DNA of 58,990 bases, filler included. It is 6 parts of 6 records of this genome, joined end to end, with 100 filler letters (N's around TTAATTAATTAA, not from the genome) between each part and the next. Parts side by side here need not be neighbours in the genome. Positions count along the whole stretch, not along the records: positions 23,141 to 29,680 come from SRR31156797_5500; positions 29,781 to 36,432 come from SRR31156797_5506; positions 36,533 to 43,414 come from SRR31156797_5516; 3 more parts are not named here. One strand, given 5' to 3'. The number at the start of each line of letters is the position of its first letter. Within the stretch, counting starts at the first letter, position 1. Position numbers and translations under genes: made by a program. A model generated the notes under the pieces. It did not search any database and was not told the DNA's origin. It saw nothing but the letters and a program-made list of their open reading frames with translations. This document shows positions 27,526-38,209 of the stretch, piece after piece.

Positions 27526-28857
27526 TTACTCGTCGTCCGTCTTAGGAGCAACTTTCTTTTTCGGGATAAATACGTTATCCCCAACGGCCACATTTTGATA
27601 GAAGCTTTTATCGCGCTGAGCTGGCTTTTTAACCACTTTCTTCGCTTTCGCTTTAGAGGTTTTTGCCGTCTCAGCCTTACCTTTACGCACAGGTTGACGT
27701 GGCTTAATACCTTTAAACTTACCTTTAAGACCTTCTAACACGTCAAAGCTGATCTCTTGCTGTAGGAAAGCTTCAACTCGTTTAAAACTATCCCAGTCTT
27801 TCGGTCCAACGAATGAAACCGCATCACCCTTATTACCTGCACGACCAGTACGACCTACACGGTGCACATACTCTTCAGTGTGTTTTGGCATATCAAAGTT
27901 AATTACGTGGGTCACGTTCGCAATATCTAAACCGCGAGAAGCCACATCAGTGGTTACCAGAATCTTAAACACCGCACGCTCGAACTGGCTCATAATGGTG
28001 TTACGCTGCGCCTGATTTAAGTTGCCGCTTAACGCTACCGCTTTCAGTTTTTTCTCATTTAGCTTATCGGTCAGTCTTTCTGTATCAACACGGGTTGCAG
28101 TGAAAATAATCACCTGGCGGTAGTCCGATTGCTCCAAAACACGATCAAGCAACGCTTCTTTGTGGTCAAGGTGATCACACAAGTAGAAACGTTGGCTAAT
28201 GTCTTTGTGCTGTTCGTTAGATTCACCGATTGAAATACGCTTTGGCTCATTCAACATTTCATAAGCAATGTCGTTCACTTCGCCATGATCAAGCGTTGCA
28301 GAGAACATCAGTGTTTGACGACGACGATGCTTAGCGGCTTTGTGAATATGACGTAACTGAGGCGCAAAACCCAAATCAAGCATACGGTCAGCTTCATCCA
28401 GAATCAGAGTATCGACACCATCCAAAAACAAAGAACGATGTTCTAGGTGGTCAGCCAAACGACCGGGTGTCGCAACGATAAATCTTGGGTAGCGACGTAA
28501 AGCTTTTACCTGATCATTAAAGTTCTCACCACCAGTGATAAGCGTACCTGTGTAGCTTAAACCACCCAGCATAACGCGCAGCTCACCATAAACTTGTTTT
28601 GCTAGCTCACGGGTAGGAAGCAAAATCACAGCGCGAGGATCTTTAGCTGAAAACGCTTTTGACTTTAACGCCTTGTGCAGAGTAGGAAGCAAAAAGGCTA
28701 AAGTTTTACCCGAACCAGTTTTTGACGACGCCAAGATATCTTTGCCAGCAATGGCAACAGGAATGGCAACTTTCTGGATTTCAGTCGCTTGTTTGAAATC
28801 GTAATGAGCTAGGTTTTTCAACAAGCGATTATCTAAGCCTAAATCTTTAAACTGCAA
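27526..28857 (-). CDS. DEAD-box RNA helicase (SrmB-like)
   Basis: TGSGKT, PTRELA, TPGR, DEAD, SAT, HRVGRTGRAG; Lys-rich tail; TTG start with GGAG RBS. Confidence 0.95.
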   Translation of the reverse strand: MQFKDLGLDNRLLKNLAHYDFKQATEIQKVAIPVAIAGKDILASSKTGSGKTLAFLLPTLHKALKSKAFSAKDPRAVILLPTRELAKQVYGELRVMLGGLSYTGTLITGGENFNDQVKALRRYPRFIVATPGRLADHLEHRSLFLDGVDTLILDEADRMLDLGFAPQLRHIHKAAKHRRRQTLMFSATLDHGEVNDIAYEMLNEPKRISIGESNEQHKDISQRFYLCDHLDHKEALLDRVLEQSDYRQVIIFTATRVDTERLTDKLNEKKLKAVALSGNLNQAQRNTIMSQFERAVFKILVTTDVASRGLDIANVTHVINFDMPKHTEEYVHRVGRTGRAGNKGDAVSFVGPKDWDSFKRVEAFLQQEISFDVLEGLKGKFKGIKPRQPVRKGKAETAKTSKAKAKKVVKKPAQRDKSFYQNVAVGDNVFIPKKKVAPKTDDE

Positions 28858-29191
28858 AGGATTCTCCAAATCAGTGAGGTAGCCGAATCAAGTATGGCTA
28901 AACAAACAAAATAAAAACGCGGCATTATACCTAAGTAATAGATAGAGATCACAGAAAATAAACCCGTTGTGCTTATTAAATAGTATATGCACTAATGTCA
29001 AAAATAATGATAGAGTATCTCTTAGATTTAAGATTTCACACAATCATTTGATTCGCGGATAAAAATTTGGGTTATTTTGACTTTTCCCGATTAGGCGAAG
29101 CTTAAAATAGTGTCTACACTTTATTTCGTCACTATATGGAATAAAAATGTATAGGGCGTTTATGATACTTACTAAAATCAAGGAGTTCAGT

Positions 29192-29461
29192 ATGAACAAG
29201 ATGTTAATCGCAGCAGCAGCGTCTTCTGTACTATTACTAGCAGGTTGTGCATCAGGTCCAGACGAAGAAACAACAGCACAATTGGATGAACTAAACAGCC
29301 AAGTTAGCCAACTTAACGATGAAGTTGCGATGCTTAAGAGCGAACACCAAGCTCTAGATGCAAAAGCTTCTGCAGCGTCTGATTCAGCAATGGCTGCACA
29401 AGAAGAAGCAGCACGTGCTAACGAGCGTATCGACAACATCGCTCAATCTTACACAAAATAA
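29192..29461 (+). CDS. lpp: major outer-membrane lipoprotein Lpp/OprI family
   Basis: LAGC lipobox, EAARANERIDNIAQSYTK with terminal Lys; AAGGAG RBS. Confidence 0.92.
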   Translation: MNKMLIAAAASSVLLLAGCASGPDEETTAQLDELNSQVSQLNDEVAMLKSEHQALDAKASAASDSAMAAQEEAARANERIDNIAQSYTK

Positions 29462-29498
29462 GATTTCTAAATTAACGACTTCGGTAGTTGATTTTGTG

Positions 29499-29527
29499 AG
29501 CCTCCAATATGGAGGCTTTATTTTTTG
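29499..29527 (+). terminator. rho-independent terminator of lpp
   Basis: AGCCTCCA-ATA-TGGAGGCT followed by a T-rich run. Confidence 0.8.
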
Positions 29528-29680
29528 TGTTGAGCAAAGACAACCACTTAGTCAAAACATCCACAAAAATTAGACAGCTAACCTTCGGTAAACTGTCACA
29601 CCGCAAACTGGTACTGCTCTGCGAATCTTCGTTTTTCAGCGTACAAAGCTAACAATTGTTGCTGGGATTTATCGGCATTA

Positions 29681-29780
29681 NNNNNNNNNNNNNNNNNNNN
29701 NNNNNNNNNNNNNNNNNNNNNNNNTTAATTAATTAANNNNNNNNNNNNNNNNNNNNNNNNNNNNNNNNNNNNNNNNNNNN
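29681..29780. other. artificial contig linker
   Basis: 44 N + TTAATTAATTAA + 44 N. Confidence 0.99.
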
Positions 29781-30662
29781 ATCCATACCTTCCCAGCCAT
29801 CTGGTATATCTCTTGAGTGGAATGTAGCACGCATTGTATCGTTTGAAAATTCCTGTCCTGCTTCATTATCCACAGGCAGTAAAAGCTTTACACCTTTGCT
29901 TTCAGCCAGCTCCATCATCTCTTTAGCAAAATCAATTCTTTCAGGGTCTAACAGTGAATCTCCAATCTTGCCGCCAAGTGCCTTCTGGAATGTATAGCTC
30001 ATGCCTCCGCCTATTAGTAGAATATCAACCTTATCTAATAAGTTTTTGATTACACCTAATTTGTCTTTTACCTTTGCACCGCCTAGAATAGCAACAAATG
30101 GTCTCTGTGGATTTTCCAATGTTCCGCCGATGAATTCAATTTCCTTTTCCAGCAAGAAGCCCATTGCTGATGGCAGATACTCTGCAACACCGCAGTTAGA
30201 TGCATGTGCTCTGTGTGCAGTACCAAAAGCATCGTTAACATGAATTTCAGCAAGTGAAGCCATTTGCTTTGCCAATTCAGGGTCGTTCTTTGTTTCCCCT
30301 GCTTCAAAGCGAACATTTTCCAGCATTACCACTTCGCCCTCACCAACGTTAGCTGCCAATTCCTTTGCACTCTCTCCTACTACATCCTTTGCAAGTTTTA
30401 CTTCTTTGCCTAGTAATTCACCTAGTCTTTTGGCACATGGAGCCAATGAAAACTCAGGTTTAACTTCGCCTTTTGGTCTGCCAAGATGAGACATTAGAAT
30501 TAGTTTAGCACCGTTATCCAACAGGTATTTAATAGTTGGTAATGCAGCCTCTATACGGTTATCGTCAGTAATTACACCATCTTGCAATGGTACATTAAAG
30601 TCAACTCTAGCAATTACTTTTATTCCTTTTACGTCGATGTCTTTAATTGTTAATTTGTTCAT
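29781..30662 (-). CDS. pgk: phosphoglycerate kinase, 3'-truncated
   Basis: [43 protein letters not shown]. Confidence 0.98.
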
Positions 30663-30918
30663 GGTAAAAGCTCCCTTATATTATTGATGTGGGAAGATAA
30701 TTCTAGGTTAAGTCTGTGTTATATCTCCCCAAATTATATCCTTTGTTGCAACAATAAATCTAATTATCGCAGTATAATTATAACCTAATTATGCAATCGG
30801 TTCAAGTAATCTTTGTGAATTATATCACATATTCATTATTATTTATAGATTTGAGATAGTTTATACTTAATACAACTTTTATCCTATCATTGATACTGTA
30901 TATTATGCAAAATCTCTA

Positions 30919-30961
30919 TTGACAATATTGACCTTACTGTTTATACTCTCTATATACAGTA
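30919..30961 (+). promoter_or_regulatory. sigma-A promoter with overlapping YtrA-type operator
   Basis: TTGACA (30919)-17 nt-TATACT (30942); inverted repeat TACTGTTTATA-ctctc-TATATACAGTA at 30935-30961. Confidence 0.75.
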
Positions 30962-30975
30962 TAAGGATGTATGCT

Positions 30976-31353
30976 ATGAACATTATTATTTCAAATAAAT
31001 CTGACCTGCCAATCTATGCACAGCTAAAGCAGCAGATAAAGGAGCAGATTTTATTAGGTATAATCAAAGAAAACGAATATCTCCCGTCTATTCGTCAGCT
31101 GGCAAAAGATTTGTCAATTAGTGTAATAACTACTTCCAGAGCTTATTCAGAGCTGGAATCCGAGGGTTTTATTGCCACAATGCAGGGCAAAGGCAGTATT
31201 ATACTACCACAGGACAGCAATATGATTCGTGAACAATATCTTAGAAAAATCGAGGATTGCTTAGTAAAGGCAATTGACTATTCCAGGATAGCCAATATTA
31301 AGGAACGAGAATTAATAGAGATATTAAAAAATTTGTATAAGGAGGGTGTATAA
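30976..31353 (+). CDS. GntR family regulator, YtrA subfamily
   Basis: PIYAQL, LPSIRQLAKDL-ISVITT-RAY-ELE-EG; short C-terminus; precedes an ABC ATPase. Confidence 0.93.
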   Translation: MNIIISNKSDLPIYAQLKQQIKEQILLGIIKENEYLPSIRQLAKDLSISVITTSRAYSELESEGFIATMQGKGSIILPQDSNMIREQYLRKIEDCLVKAIDYSRIANIKERELIEILKNLYKEGV

Positions 31354-32204
31354 TGAATGCACTAAAGGTAGAAAACCTTACAAAACAGTATAATACTTTT
31401 AAACTAGATAATATAAGCTTTACATTACCAAAAGGGTACATAATGGGATATATTGGTCAAAATGGTGCTGGTAAAACTACGACAATAAATCTCATTATGG
31501 ATTTTATCAATAAGGATAACGGGGATATAGAAATATTTGGCAAACAAATACAGGATGATGAGAAAGAGTATAAAAAGCAAATCGGGTATATTTGCGATGA
31601 ATGCTATTTTATCGACACTATGACATGCACTGATATTTCAAAGATACTATCAGATTTTTATGATACTTTCAGCACTGAAAAGTTCAACAATTTTTTAAGC
31701 AAATGGAATATTCAATTGGATAAAACTATTAAATCTCTATCCAAAGGTATGAAGATGAAGCTAATGCTGGCAGGCATTTTATCACGGGATACAAAGATTC
31801 TTATAATGGACGAACCAACAAGCGGCTTGGATCCAATATTCAGGAATGAACTGCTGGGGATACTACAGGAGTACATCTCTGACGAAGAACATAGTGTACT
31901 GTTTTCCACACACATTATATCCGATGTTGAAAAAATCTCTGATTATATTTGCTATATAAATAACGGAAGAATTGTACTCAATGATACTACGGAGAGCCTA
32001 TTGCAAAGCCATATAATTCTAAAAGGACCATCGACTCTCTTAGATGCTGTAGAAGACAAATTAATATCATACAATTTAAATCGCTATGGTTTTGAAGGTA
32101 TTGCAAAAACAGAAGATACAAAAGGCATAAATGATGAAATTGTACAGGATACTCCCAGTATAGAGGATATCATGCTGTATTATAACAAAATGGAGGCAGA
32201 ATGA
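31353..32204 (+). CDS. ABC transporter ATP-binding protein (YtrB-like)
   Basis: GQNGAGKTT, LSKGM, MDEPTSGLDP, FSTH. Confidence 0.95.
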   Translation: MNALKVENLTKQYNTFKLDNISFTLPKGYIMGYIGQNGAGKTTTINLIMDFINKDNGDIEIFGKQIQDDEKEYKKQIGYICDECYFIDTMTCTDISKILSDFYDTFSTEKFNNFLSKWNIQLDKTIKSLSKGMKMKLMLAGILSRDTKILIMDEPTSGLDPIFRNELLGILQEYISDEEHSVLFSTHIISDVEKISDYICYINNGRIVLNDTTESLLQSHIILKGPSTLLDAVEDKLISYNLNRYGFEGIAKTEDTKGINDEIVQDTPSIEDIMLYYNKMEAE

Positions 32205-32839
32205 TGGAAAATATTATTAAAGTATTTAAACTAGACATGATAACTGTAAAAAAATCAAGCAAAATGTATATTCTATTTGCGATTATTTCAATAGCTTTCT
32301 TACTCTTAGTCAATTCTACATTTGGAGTCAGTTACCTTTTTCTAGTTGTTGTAATAATCACTACTGCGCCATTTACCACTGAATCAAATACCAGCCTTAA
32401 TAAGTTCACCCACTCTCTGCCCATAAAAAAATTTGAGCTAGTTGGCGGAAGGTATATGTTCCTTTTATCAGCACTTCTAGCAGCATGGTTTATTGGTACA
32501 GTTGGTGTTGCAACACAGTATTTTAGAGGTAATTTTACACAAGGGAATGTCATGCAATGCATATTAGCTGCAGCTTTGCTGTCATTTGCAACCACTATTC
32601 AGTTCCCTCTTTACTACAAGTTCGGCATCCAAAAGGGCAGAATGCTATCTATGCTTATTTATTTAGTACCAGTATTTTTATCATTTACCTTACCGGAAAT
32701 ACTAGTGAACATTACTAGTGAACAATCTATTGAACCTAATATACTTTCGATTATTATCATTTCACTGGTATTCTTAGCCATATGCATGACAGTATCCTAT
32801 AATATATCAAGAAGGATAGTTCAAGCAAAGGAGTTATAG
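32201..32839 (+). CDS. ABC-2 type permease
   Basis: About six TM segments, SLPI-K--LV-GRY, PLYYKFG--KG. Confidence 0.85.
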   Translation: MMENIIKVFKLDMITVKKSSKMYILFAIISIAFLLLVNSTFGVSYLFLVVVIITTAPFTTESNTSLNKFTHSLPIKKFELVGGRYMFLLSALLAAWFIGTVGVATQYFRGNFTQGNVMQCILAAALLSFATTIQFPLYYKFGIQKGRMLSMLIYLVPVFLSFTLPEILVNITSEQSIEPNILSIIIISLVFLAICMTVSYNISRRIVQAKEL

Positions 32840-32861
32840 CGTTTACATTCTGATAATACAA

Positions 32862-32887
32862 AGTGAGCAGGTAAATACCTGCTCACT
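32862..32887. terminator. terminator hairpin between convergent operons
   Basis: AGTGAGCAGGTA-AA-TACCTGCTCACT perfect inverted repeat. Confidence 0.8.
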
Positions 32888-32919
32888 CTCTAATTACTTC
32901 ATTACTTTTATTGATACAA

Positions 32920-34320
32920 CTATTTATCCTTTATTTTCTTGTATCTTCTATTTGTCATCCACATTAAGAAAATCATAAGTGCTGAATATGCCAGCAGCAA
33001 TACAAACGACAGGATATATAGTGATGGTTTATTCTGCAGATAGCCCTGTACAGGAACATTTAGTATCAGCATAATAGGCAATGCTAACGCTGCGGCAAAC
33101 CCGCTTCCCAAGACTAAGTTATCTGTAACTGTTGTCTTAGCTTCTGGGTCAACCTCACGAAGCAGAGCAACACCTGTAGTAATAGTTCCGGTCCACATTC
33201 CATACAGACCAGCGATATTTTCTACTATATCATCATCATAGATTCTATTAGCTAATAACACAACGTATCCCATTGTAAATAGTCCGCCAATTGTTGTAAT
33301 TATCAAAATCGGTACTAGATAATCGACTAATACGGAGATTGAAATAGCTGTGATGCTTGCTGCTATCATCAAATCAAATGCACCAGATGATATTCTCTGC
33401 AGGATGTAGTTATCAGCATAGTAAACCTTTACAACCTTTTTCTTCTTCAATCTATCCAGTATTTTCTTTGTCAGAATAGCAAGCAATGTACCAAATAAGA
33501 AGTTAAATCCCCAGAATAAGTCTGTAAGCGTTTTAGCAAAGTTTCCAAGCGGCGCACACAAGTGCTCAAGCAGTACTAATAATCCATACGTTGCAGCGTA
33601 TACTACTCCAATTAAGATTACCTGAATAGTAAAATCATCTACATAGATAGACTTTGGAACATTAGCTGAATGATCAATATTAATATCAGATTCTGTTGAT
33701 GCAACTTCAGTTTCTCTTGCATCAAATTCATTTTCTTTATTCTTTCTACGGCGCATAAGTATATTGATTAGAGGAATACCGCCTAAAAATGCCCAAATAA
33801 ATCCGAATGTAGCCATCGTCAGACCTACATTACCGCCATCAGTAAATCCATATTGTTCCCATGTCATACCAATATTGTTTGCCTGTCCGGGACCTTGTGC
33901 AAATGATAGAGGTAAAAGCATCCCTGAAATTGGGAATAAATCAGGAAAAAATGTAGCTGCTAAGAAAAGTGAAATACCTAATCCTACAATTGCCTGCCAT
34001 GCATAAGTATTAATAATAGCAAAGCCAGTATTTACGATACCTTTGTTCTTCTTCTTAACACGTTTTTTCAGGGACATAGCTATGAAGCCAATTCCCATTA
34101 AGTGATATATCAATCTGCTCAAAAATTGTCTGTCAAAGATAATAATATCAAAAACATACTCACCAATAACATTTATAAGCAATCCTGCAAATCCTGCAAT
34201 CATTGCAGTCGGTATCAGGTGCTTCTGTGTGAATTTAACGTTTAGCTTGATGATAACACCAATTCCTAAAACAACACACAATAACAAGACCTGTACAAGT
34301 TGAGACCATCCTTGGTTCAT
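32920..34320 (-). CDS. sodium/glutamate symporter (GltS/ESS family)
   Basis: IPTAMIAG, FAQGPGQA, YGMWTGTITTGVALLREVDP; polytopic. Confidence 0.8.
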   Translation of the reverse strand: MNQGWSQLVQVLLLCVVLGIGVIIKLNVKFTQKHLIPTAMIAGFAGLLINVIGEYVFDIIIFDRQFLSRLIYHLMGIGFIAMSLKKRVKKKNKGIVNTGFAIINTYAWQAIVGLGISLFLAATFFPDLFPISGMLLPLSFAQGPGQANNIGMTWEQYGFTDGGNVGLTMATFGFIWAFLGGIPLINILMRRRKNKENEFDARETEVASTESDINIDHSANVPKSIYVDDFTIQVILIGVVYAATYGLLVLLEHLCAPLGNFAKTLTDLFWGFNFLFGTLLAILTKKILDRLKKKKVVKVYYADNYILQRISSGAFDLMIAASITAISISVLVDYLVPILIITTIGGLFTMGYVVLLANRIYDDDIVENIAGLYGMWTGTITTGVALLREVDPEAKTTVTDNLVLGSGFAAALALPIMLILNVPVQGYLQNKPSLYILSFVLLLAYSALMIFLMWMTNRRYKKIKDK

Positions 34321-34341
34321 AATAACCTCCGAATAAATTAT

Positions 34342-35529
34342 TTATAATTCCAGATTAAGTATCTTCATCAATAGCTGATACTTAAATGCATTATCTCTGT
34401 TACTAAACAGCAGTCTATAGGTCACATCATCCATGTCAAATTCATATGCATTATTATTCTGAATGCTGGGACCAGCTATATCTTTGTGAGGAAATTCATA
34501 TCTATGCTCACCGTCAAATACTATTCCCCTCTTCGTGGCATATATTGCACCATGATCAATTACCCGCAGTTTCTCATAACCTCTAGCTGTATATAGTGTA
34601 ATATCCACATCTTCAAATATTTTTTCATCTTCATCTAGAGTCTCAATGTATTTTGCCAAATAGTCTTTCTGATAATTATTCCACTGTGCAAGTGATTCAA
34701 ATTTCCCGTTCATAAAGGAATACTTTTCAGTGAATTCAGCTGCATACTCGCAGCTATTGCAGTAAACAATATTACCCTCAGACGATAACGTAGATATACT
34801 CTGACACTCTGGGCATACAAATACCAATCTTTCCATGCCCTCTGCCATCTTTTCACTACTGTATGTATAGTCACTCTTCGCTACGAAGTTGTATTCATCA
34901 TTAAACAAATCTTCTTTTATTTTTGATTTGATTTGTTCTGTATTCATCTTTTTAATATCACTAGAAGACAAACTCCTAATAATATCAATGACTACAGTAC
35001 CTTTGTTTTGCTTTTTATCATGCCATCTGGGTCTTGAGGCTGAACCGCCCTTAATATTCGCAACCAGAACAGGCATCTTTATGCTCTTAATCAATGTATA
35101 TGTAGACTCTACAATATCTGCTGTAACACCGTCCCAGCATCGTCTGCCCTCAGCAAATATACAGATTATTTCACCTCTTGCCTTTGCATTATATATATCT
35201 CTTACAGTTTTTATATCTGAAGAGAACTTCTTCTTTGCAATCAGATCAAGTCGTGTCAGAAGCACACGAAGGGCAAGAACACGAAAAGCCTTATCATTTA
35301 TTACATACGCAATTGGTTTATTAATAATCTGCTGAAGAAAACAGCCGTCGAAATTTGTAACATGATTGGATAAAAGAATATATGGTTCGTCCATATCAGC
35401 AGCTTCATTTTTTCCTACTATTACATTGTACCTGCTAAAGCAGTATTTACCATATATATACGGGAAAACTTTCACAGCAAAGTGCTTAAATAGTCTTGGT
35501 TTGGTTCTCTTTCTTTTCTTCCTCTTCAA
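34342..35529 (-). CDS. PlsC-family lysophospholipid acyltransferase with Zn-ribbon C-terminal extension
   Basis: NHVTNFD (HX4D), FAEGRR, then CPEC...CNSC. Confidence 0.85.
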   Translation of the reverse strand: MKRKKRKRTKPRLFKHFAVKVFPYIYGKYCFSRYNVIVGKNEAADMDEPYILLSNHVTNFDGCFLQQIINKPIAYVINDKAFRVLALRVLLTRLDLIAKKKFSSDIKTVRDIYNAKARGEIICIFAEGRRCWDGVTADIVESTYTLIKSIKMPVLVANIKGGSASRPRWHDKKQNKGTVVIDIIRSLSSSDIKKMNTEQIKSKIKEDLFNDEYNFVAKSDYTYSSEKMAEGMERLVFVCPECQSISTLSSEGNIVYCNSCEYAAEFTEKYSFMNGKFESLAQWNNYQKDYLAKYIETLDEDEKIFEDVDITLYTARGYEKLRVIDHGAIYATKRGIVFDGEHRYEFPHKDIAGPSIQNNNAYEFDMDDVTYRLLFSNRDNAFKYQLLMKILNLEL

Positions 35530-35635
35530 TTAAGCAAAATCTCCTAAACAAATTGATTCTATCATATATCCTTAATTTTTTACAAATTCTTAATCAATAT
35601 TAATTAAGTATTCACAAATTGCTTACATTCTGCAC

Positions 35636-36355
35636 TTATGGGTGAGTCAGCTTTACATTACCCTTTACAGCAATTTTATCATTAACGATTACAATCGCTC
35701 CAATAATGTTGGGAATAGATGCAACATAATTTACAGCACTCTCAATACTTTTTTCATCTTTAGCCATATTACCAAGTAAAGTTGCGGCTGCATCTGATAA
35801 TGCTGTGTCCTTTGAAATAACCACGGCAGCATCTGCCTTTCCCAAAGATACAGATGGACCAACCTCTGCTGCACTTGTACATACACCAAATGTACCTGCA
35901 GGTATCTCAATTGCCATCTTCATACTAACGGGTGATACCCCTGCATATATCAGTACCTTTCGTGGAGTTTTAGATGATATAAATACATCTCCGCCATTTT
36001 CAACAATAACTTCGTTATTAGTTTCAAGAAGCATCTCACCTACATATTGGCTTACAGCCCCTGCAACAGCCGCCATTGGTCCTACATTGCATAGTTTTGC
36101 AGCGCAAACCATTCTCTGTGAAATCTTATTTGGAGAATTAATATTAAGTGGTGTAAATGATGTTAAAAATTCAGGATATAATTGAATAGCACTCTCTATA
36201 TCTTTTCTTGCTTTCTTTAGTGCTGCCAGAGCAATATCCTTAGAAATTTTGGAACTTGCAATATATAAATCGCTGGTTTTGATTGAGACCTGATATGATT
36301 TTAAGCCTGTATGTTTATGATAATCTCTATAGAATCGCTTTTGGTAATTGTCCAT
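35636..36355 (-). CDS. UPF0280/ApbE-like protein
   Basis: VGPMAAVAGA, IVENGGD, VCTS--VGPS-SLGKADA, DAAAT--GN. Confidence 0.88.
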   Translation of the reverse strand: MDNYQKRFYRDYHKHTGLKSYQVSIKTSDLYIASSKISKDIALAALKKARKDIESAIQLYPEFLTSFTPLNINSPNKISQRMVCAAKLCNVGPMAAVAGAVSQYVGEMLLETNNEVIVENGGDVFISSKTPRKVLIYAGVSPVSMKMAIEIPAGTFGVCTSAAEVGPSVSLGKADAAVVISKDTALSDAAATLLGNMAKDEKSIESAVNYVASIPNIIGAIVIVNDKIAVKGNVKLTHP

Positions 36356-36432
36356 CTGATAGCCTTTATTTCCCAATAATAACCGAAACCGCCCTATTAA
36401 GGCGGTACGGCGTTTGGGTGTATTGAGGGTTG

Positions 36433-36532
36433 NNNNNNNNNNNNNNNNNNNNNNNNNNNNNNNNNNNNNNNNNNNNTTAATTAATTAANNNNNNNNNNNN
36501 NNNNNNNNNNNNNNNNNNNNNNNNNNNNNNNN
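36433..36532. other. artificial contig linker
   Basis: 44 N + TTAATTAATTAA + 44 N. Confidence 0.99.
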
Positions 36533-36856
36533 TAAGAAAAATGAAATACCAATTGCTGTAATGAGAAGAGAAATTTTTGGTGCTTCTCTTAAAGGTTTAT
36601 ATGCAATTTTATCAGTTAATATACCAAGCAATGAAGAAAGAATCACTGCTAAAAGAATACCTAATGTGAAAGGTAACTGAAAAACATCAATAAATGTATA
36701 ACCTAAAAAGGCTCCAACCATCATAATATCACCATGTGCGAAGTTAATTAACCTCAAAACCCCGTAAACCATAGTATAACCAATAGCAATTAAGGCATAC
36801 ATAGATCCTAAAGAGAATCCATTTACCATTTGCTGAAAAAATGTCAATATGTCCAT
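36533..36856 (-). CDS. livH: branched-chain amino acid ABC permease, 3'-truncated
   Basis: GSMYALIAIGYTMVYGVLRLINFAHGD. Confidence 0.92.
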
Positions 36857-36930
36857 CTATACTCCCAAAAAATGTAGTAACATTTGTCATAAGAGAAAAA
36901 AGCAAGCTTTTCTTTCTTATGGCAAAAAAA

Positions 36931-36962
36931 AAGTCTAGCAACTATTTATAATTGCTAGACTT
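36931..36962 (-). terminator. rho-independent terminator after the binding-protein gene
   Basis: AAGTCTAGCAA...TTGCTAGACTT stem followed by a T-run on the minus strand. Confidence 0.75.
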
Positions 36963-36976
36963 AGTAAAAAAAATGA

Positions 36977-38092
36977 TTATGGATTTACAGTAGCTTTGTA
37001 AACCATTTTCCCATCTTTAACCTCTTTGATAACTGCTGATCTTGTAGAGTTACCAGTTTTGTCAATTGAGATTTTTCCAGAAACACCGTCAAAACCTGAA
37101 GTACTTTTAATTTGTTTGTTAATACAAACAGAATCTGTTGGGTCTTCACATCTATTCATTGCATCAATTAAGATGTTATATGTATCTGCACCTAATGCAG
37201 TAAATGAATTCATCTCTTTATTTCCAGTTTCTTTTTCGTGGAAAGCAACGAAATCAGCAGATGTTTTTGATGGTGGGTTTGAATAATCAAAGAAGTCAGT
37301 AAACATATAACCTTCTACAGCATCTCCACCTAAGTCGATAAATGTTTGGTTAGCAACACCGTCACCACTAAACATAGGTTTTTGAAGACCTAATTGTTTA
37401 GATTGTCTAGCAATCATAGAAGCTTCTGGGTGATATAATGGTAAAAACATAAAATCAGGATTTAATTGTTTGATTTGAGATACAACTGCTTTAAAATCTT
37501 TGTCACCAGAAGTGATTTTGATTTTTTTAACTATCTCTCCACCTTTTGATTTAAATGCTTTTTGGAATGCTTTTGCAAGACCTAAAGAATAAACTTGCGC
37601 TTGGTCTACAACAACAACAGCAGTTTTATAACCTTGAGCTAATGCATAGTTTGCAACAACTTCACCTTGAAATGAGTCAGTAAAACAAACTCTATTTGCA
37701 TAGTCTCTTCTTGCAGTTAATTTATCATTTGTAGCAACAGAAGCAATAACTGGGATTTTTTTCTTATCAGCAATTGCAATTGTTTGTGCCGTATTTGTTG
37801 AAGTTAATGCACCTAAAATAGCAACAACTTTATCTGAAGAGATAAGTCTAGTAGTTGCAGTTGCAGTTTCAACTTTGTCCCCTTTATTATCAGCTAAAAC
37901 CAACTTAATTGTATCCCCATTCTTAAGTGTTGGTTGTAGTTTATTTGCTAATTCTAGCCCTAAGTAAGTTACCTGACCATATTGTGCGATTGGTCCAGAC
38001 ATTGGCATTACTGCACCTACTTTAATCTCTTTTGCCATAGCAATACCGCAAGTTAATGCAGAAGCAACAGCTAAGCTAATTAATTTTTTCAT
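36977..38092 (-). CDS. branched-chain amino acid ABC substrate-binding protein (LivJ/K-like)
   Basis: Signal peptide, PMSGPIAQYG, RVCFTDSFQG, YSLGLA; upstream of livH. Confidence 0.92.
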   Translation of the reverse strand: MKKLISLAVASALTCGIAMAKEIKVGAVMPMSGPIAQYGQVTYLGLELANKLQPTLKNGDTIKLVLADNKGDKVETATATTRLISSDKVVAILGALTSTNTAQTIAIADKKKIPVIASVATNDKLTARRDYANRVCFTDSFQGEVVANYALAQGYKTAVVVVDQAQVYSLGLAKAFQKAFKSKGGEIVKKIKITSGDKDFKAVVSQIKQLNPDFMFLPLYHPEASMIARQSKQLGLQKPMFSGDGVANQTFIDLGGDAVEGYMFTDFFDYSNPPSKTSADFVAFHEKETGNKEMNSFTALGADTYNILIDAMNRCEDPTDSVCINKQIKSTSGFDGVSGKISIDKTGNSTRSAVIKEVKDGKMVYKATVNP

Positions 38093-38209
38093 TTATACTC
38101 CTTAATAAAATTATCTGAAGATATTATCATAAAATTACAAAAAGTTTTTATAAGTGTTGTATAAATTATATTTAAATTGTAAAAAAGTGGTTAGAGAGTA
38201 AATTTTAAC

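Noticed and set aside
29596-29679. Minus-strand C-terminal fragment NADKSQQQLLALYAEKRRFAEQYQFAV*
   Set aside because: Probably a real gene end, but too short to assign.
36383-36410. GC hairpin ACCGCC-CTATTAA-GGCGGT at the contig end
   Set aside because: Likely a terminator of an unseen upstream gene; context missing.
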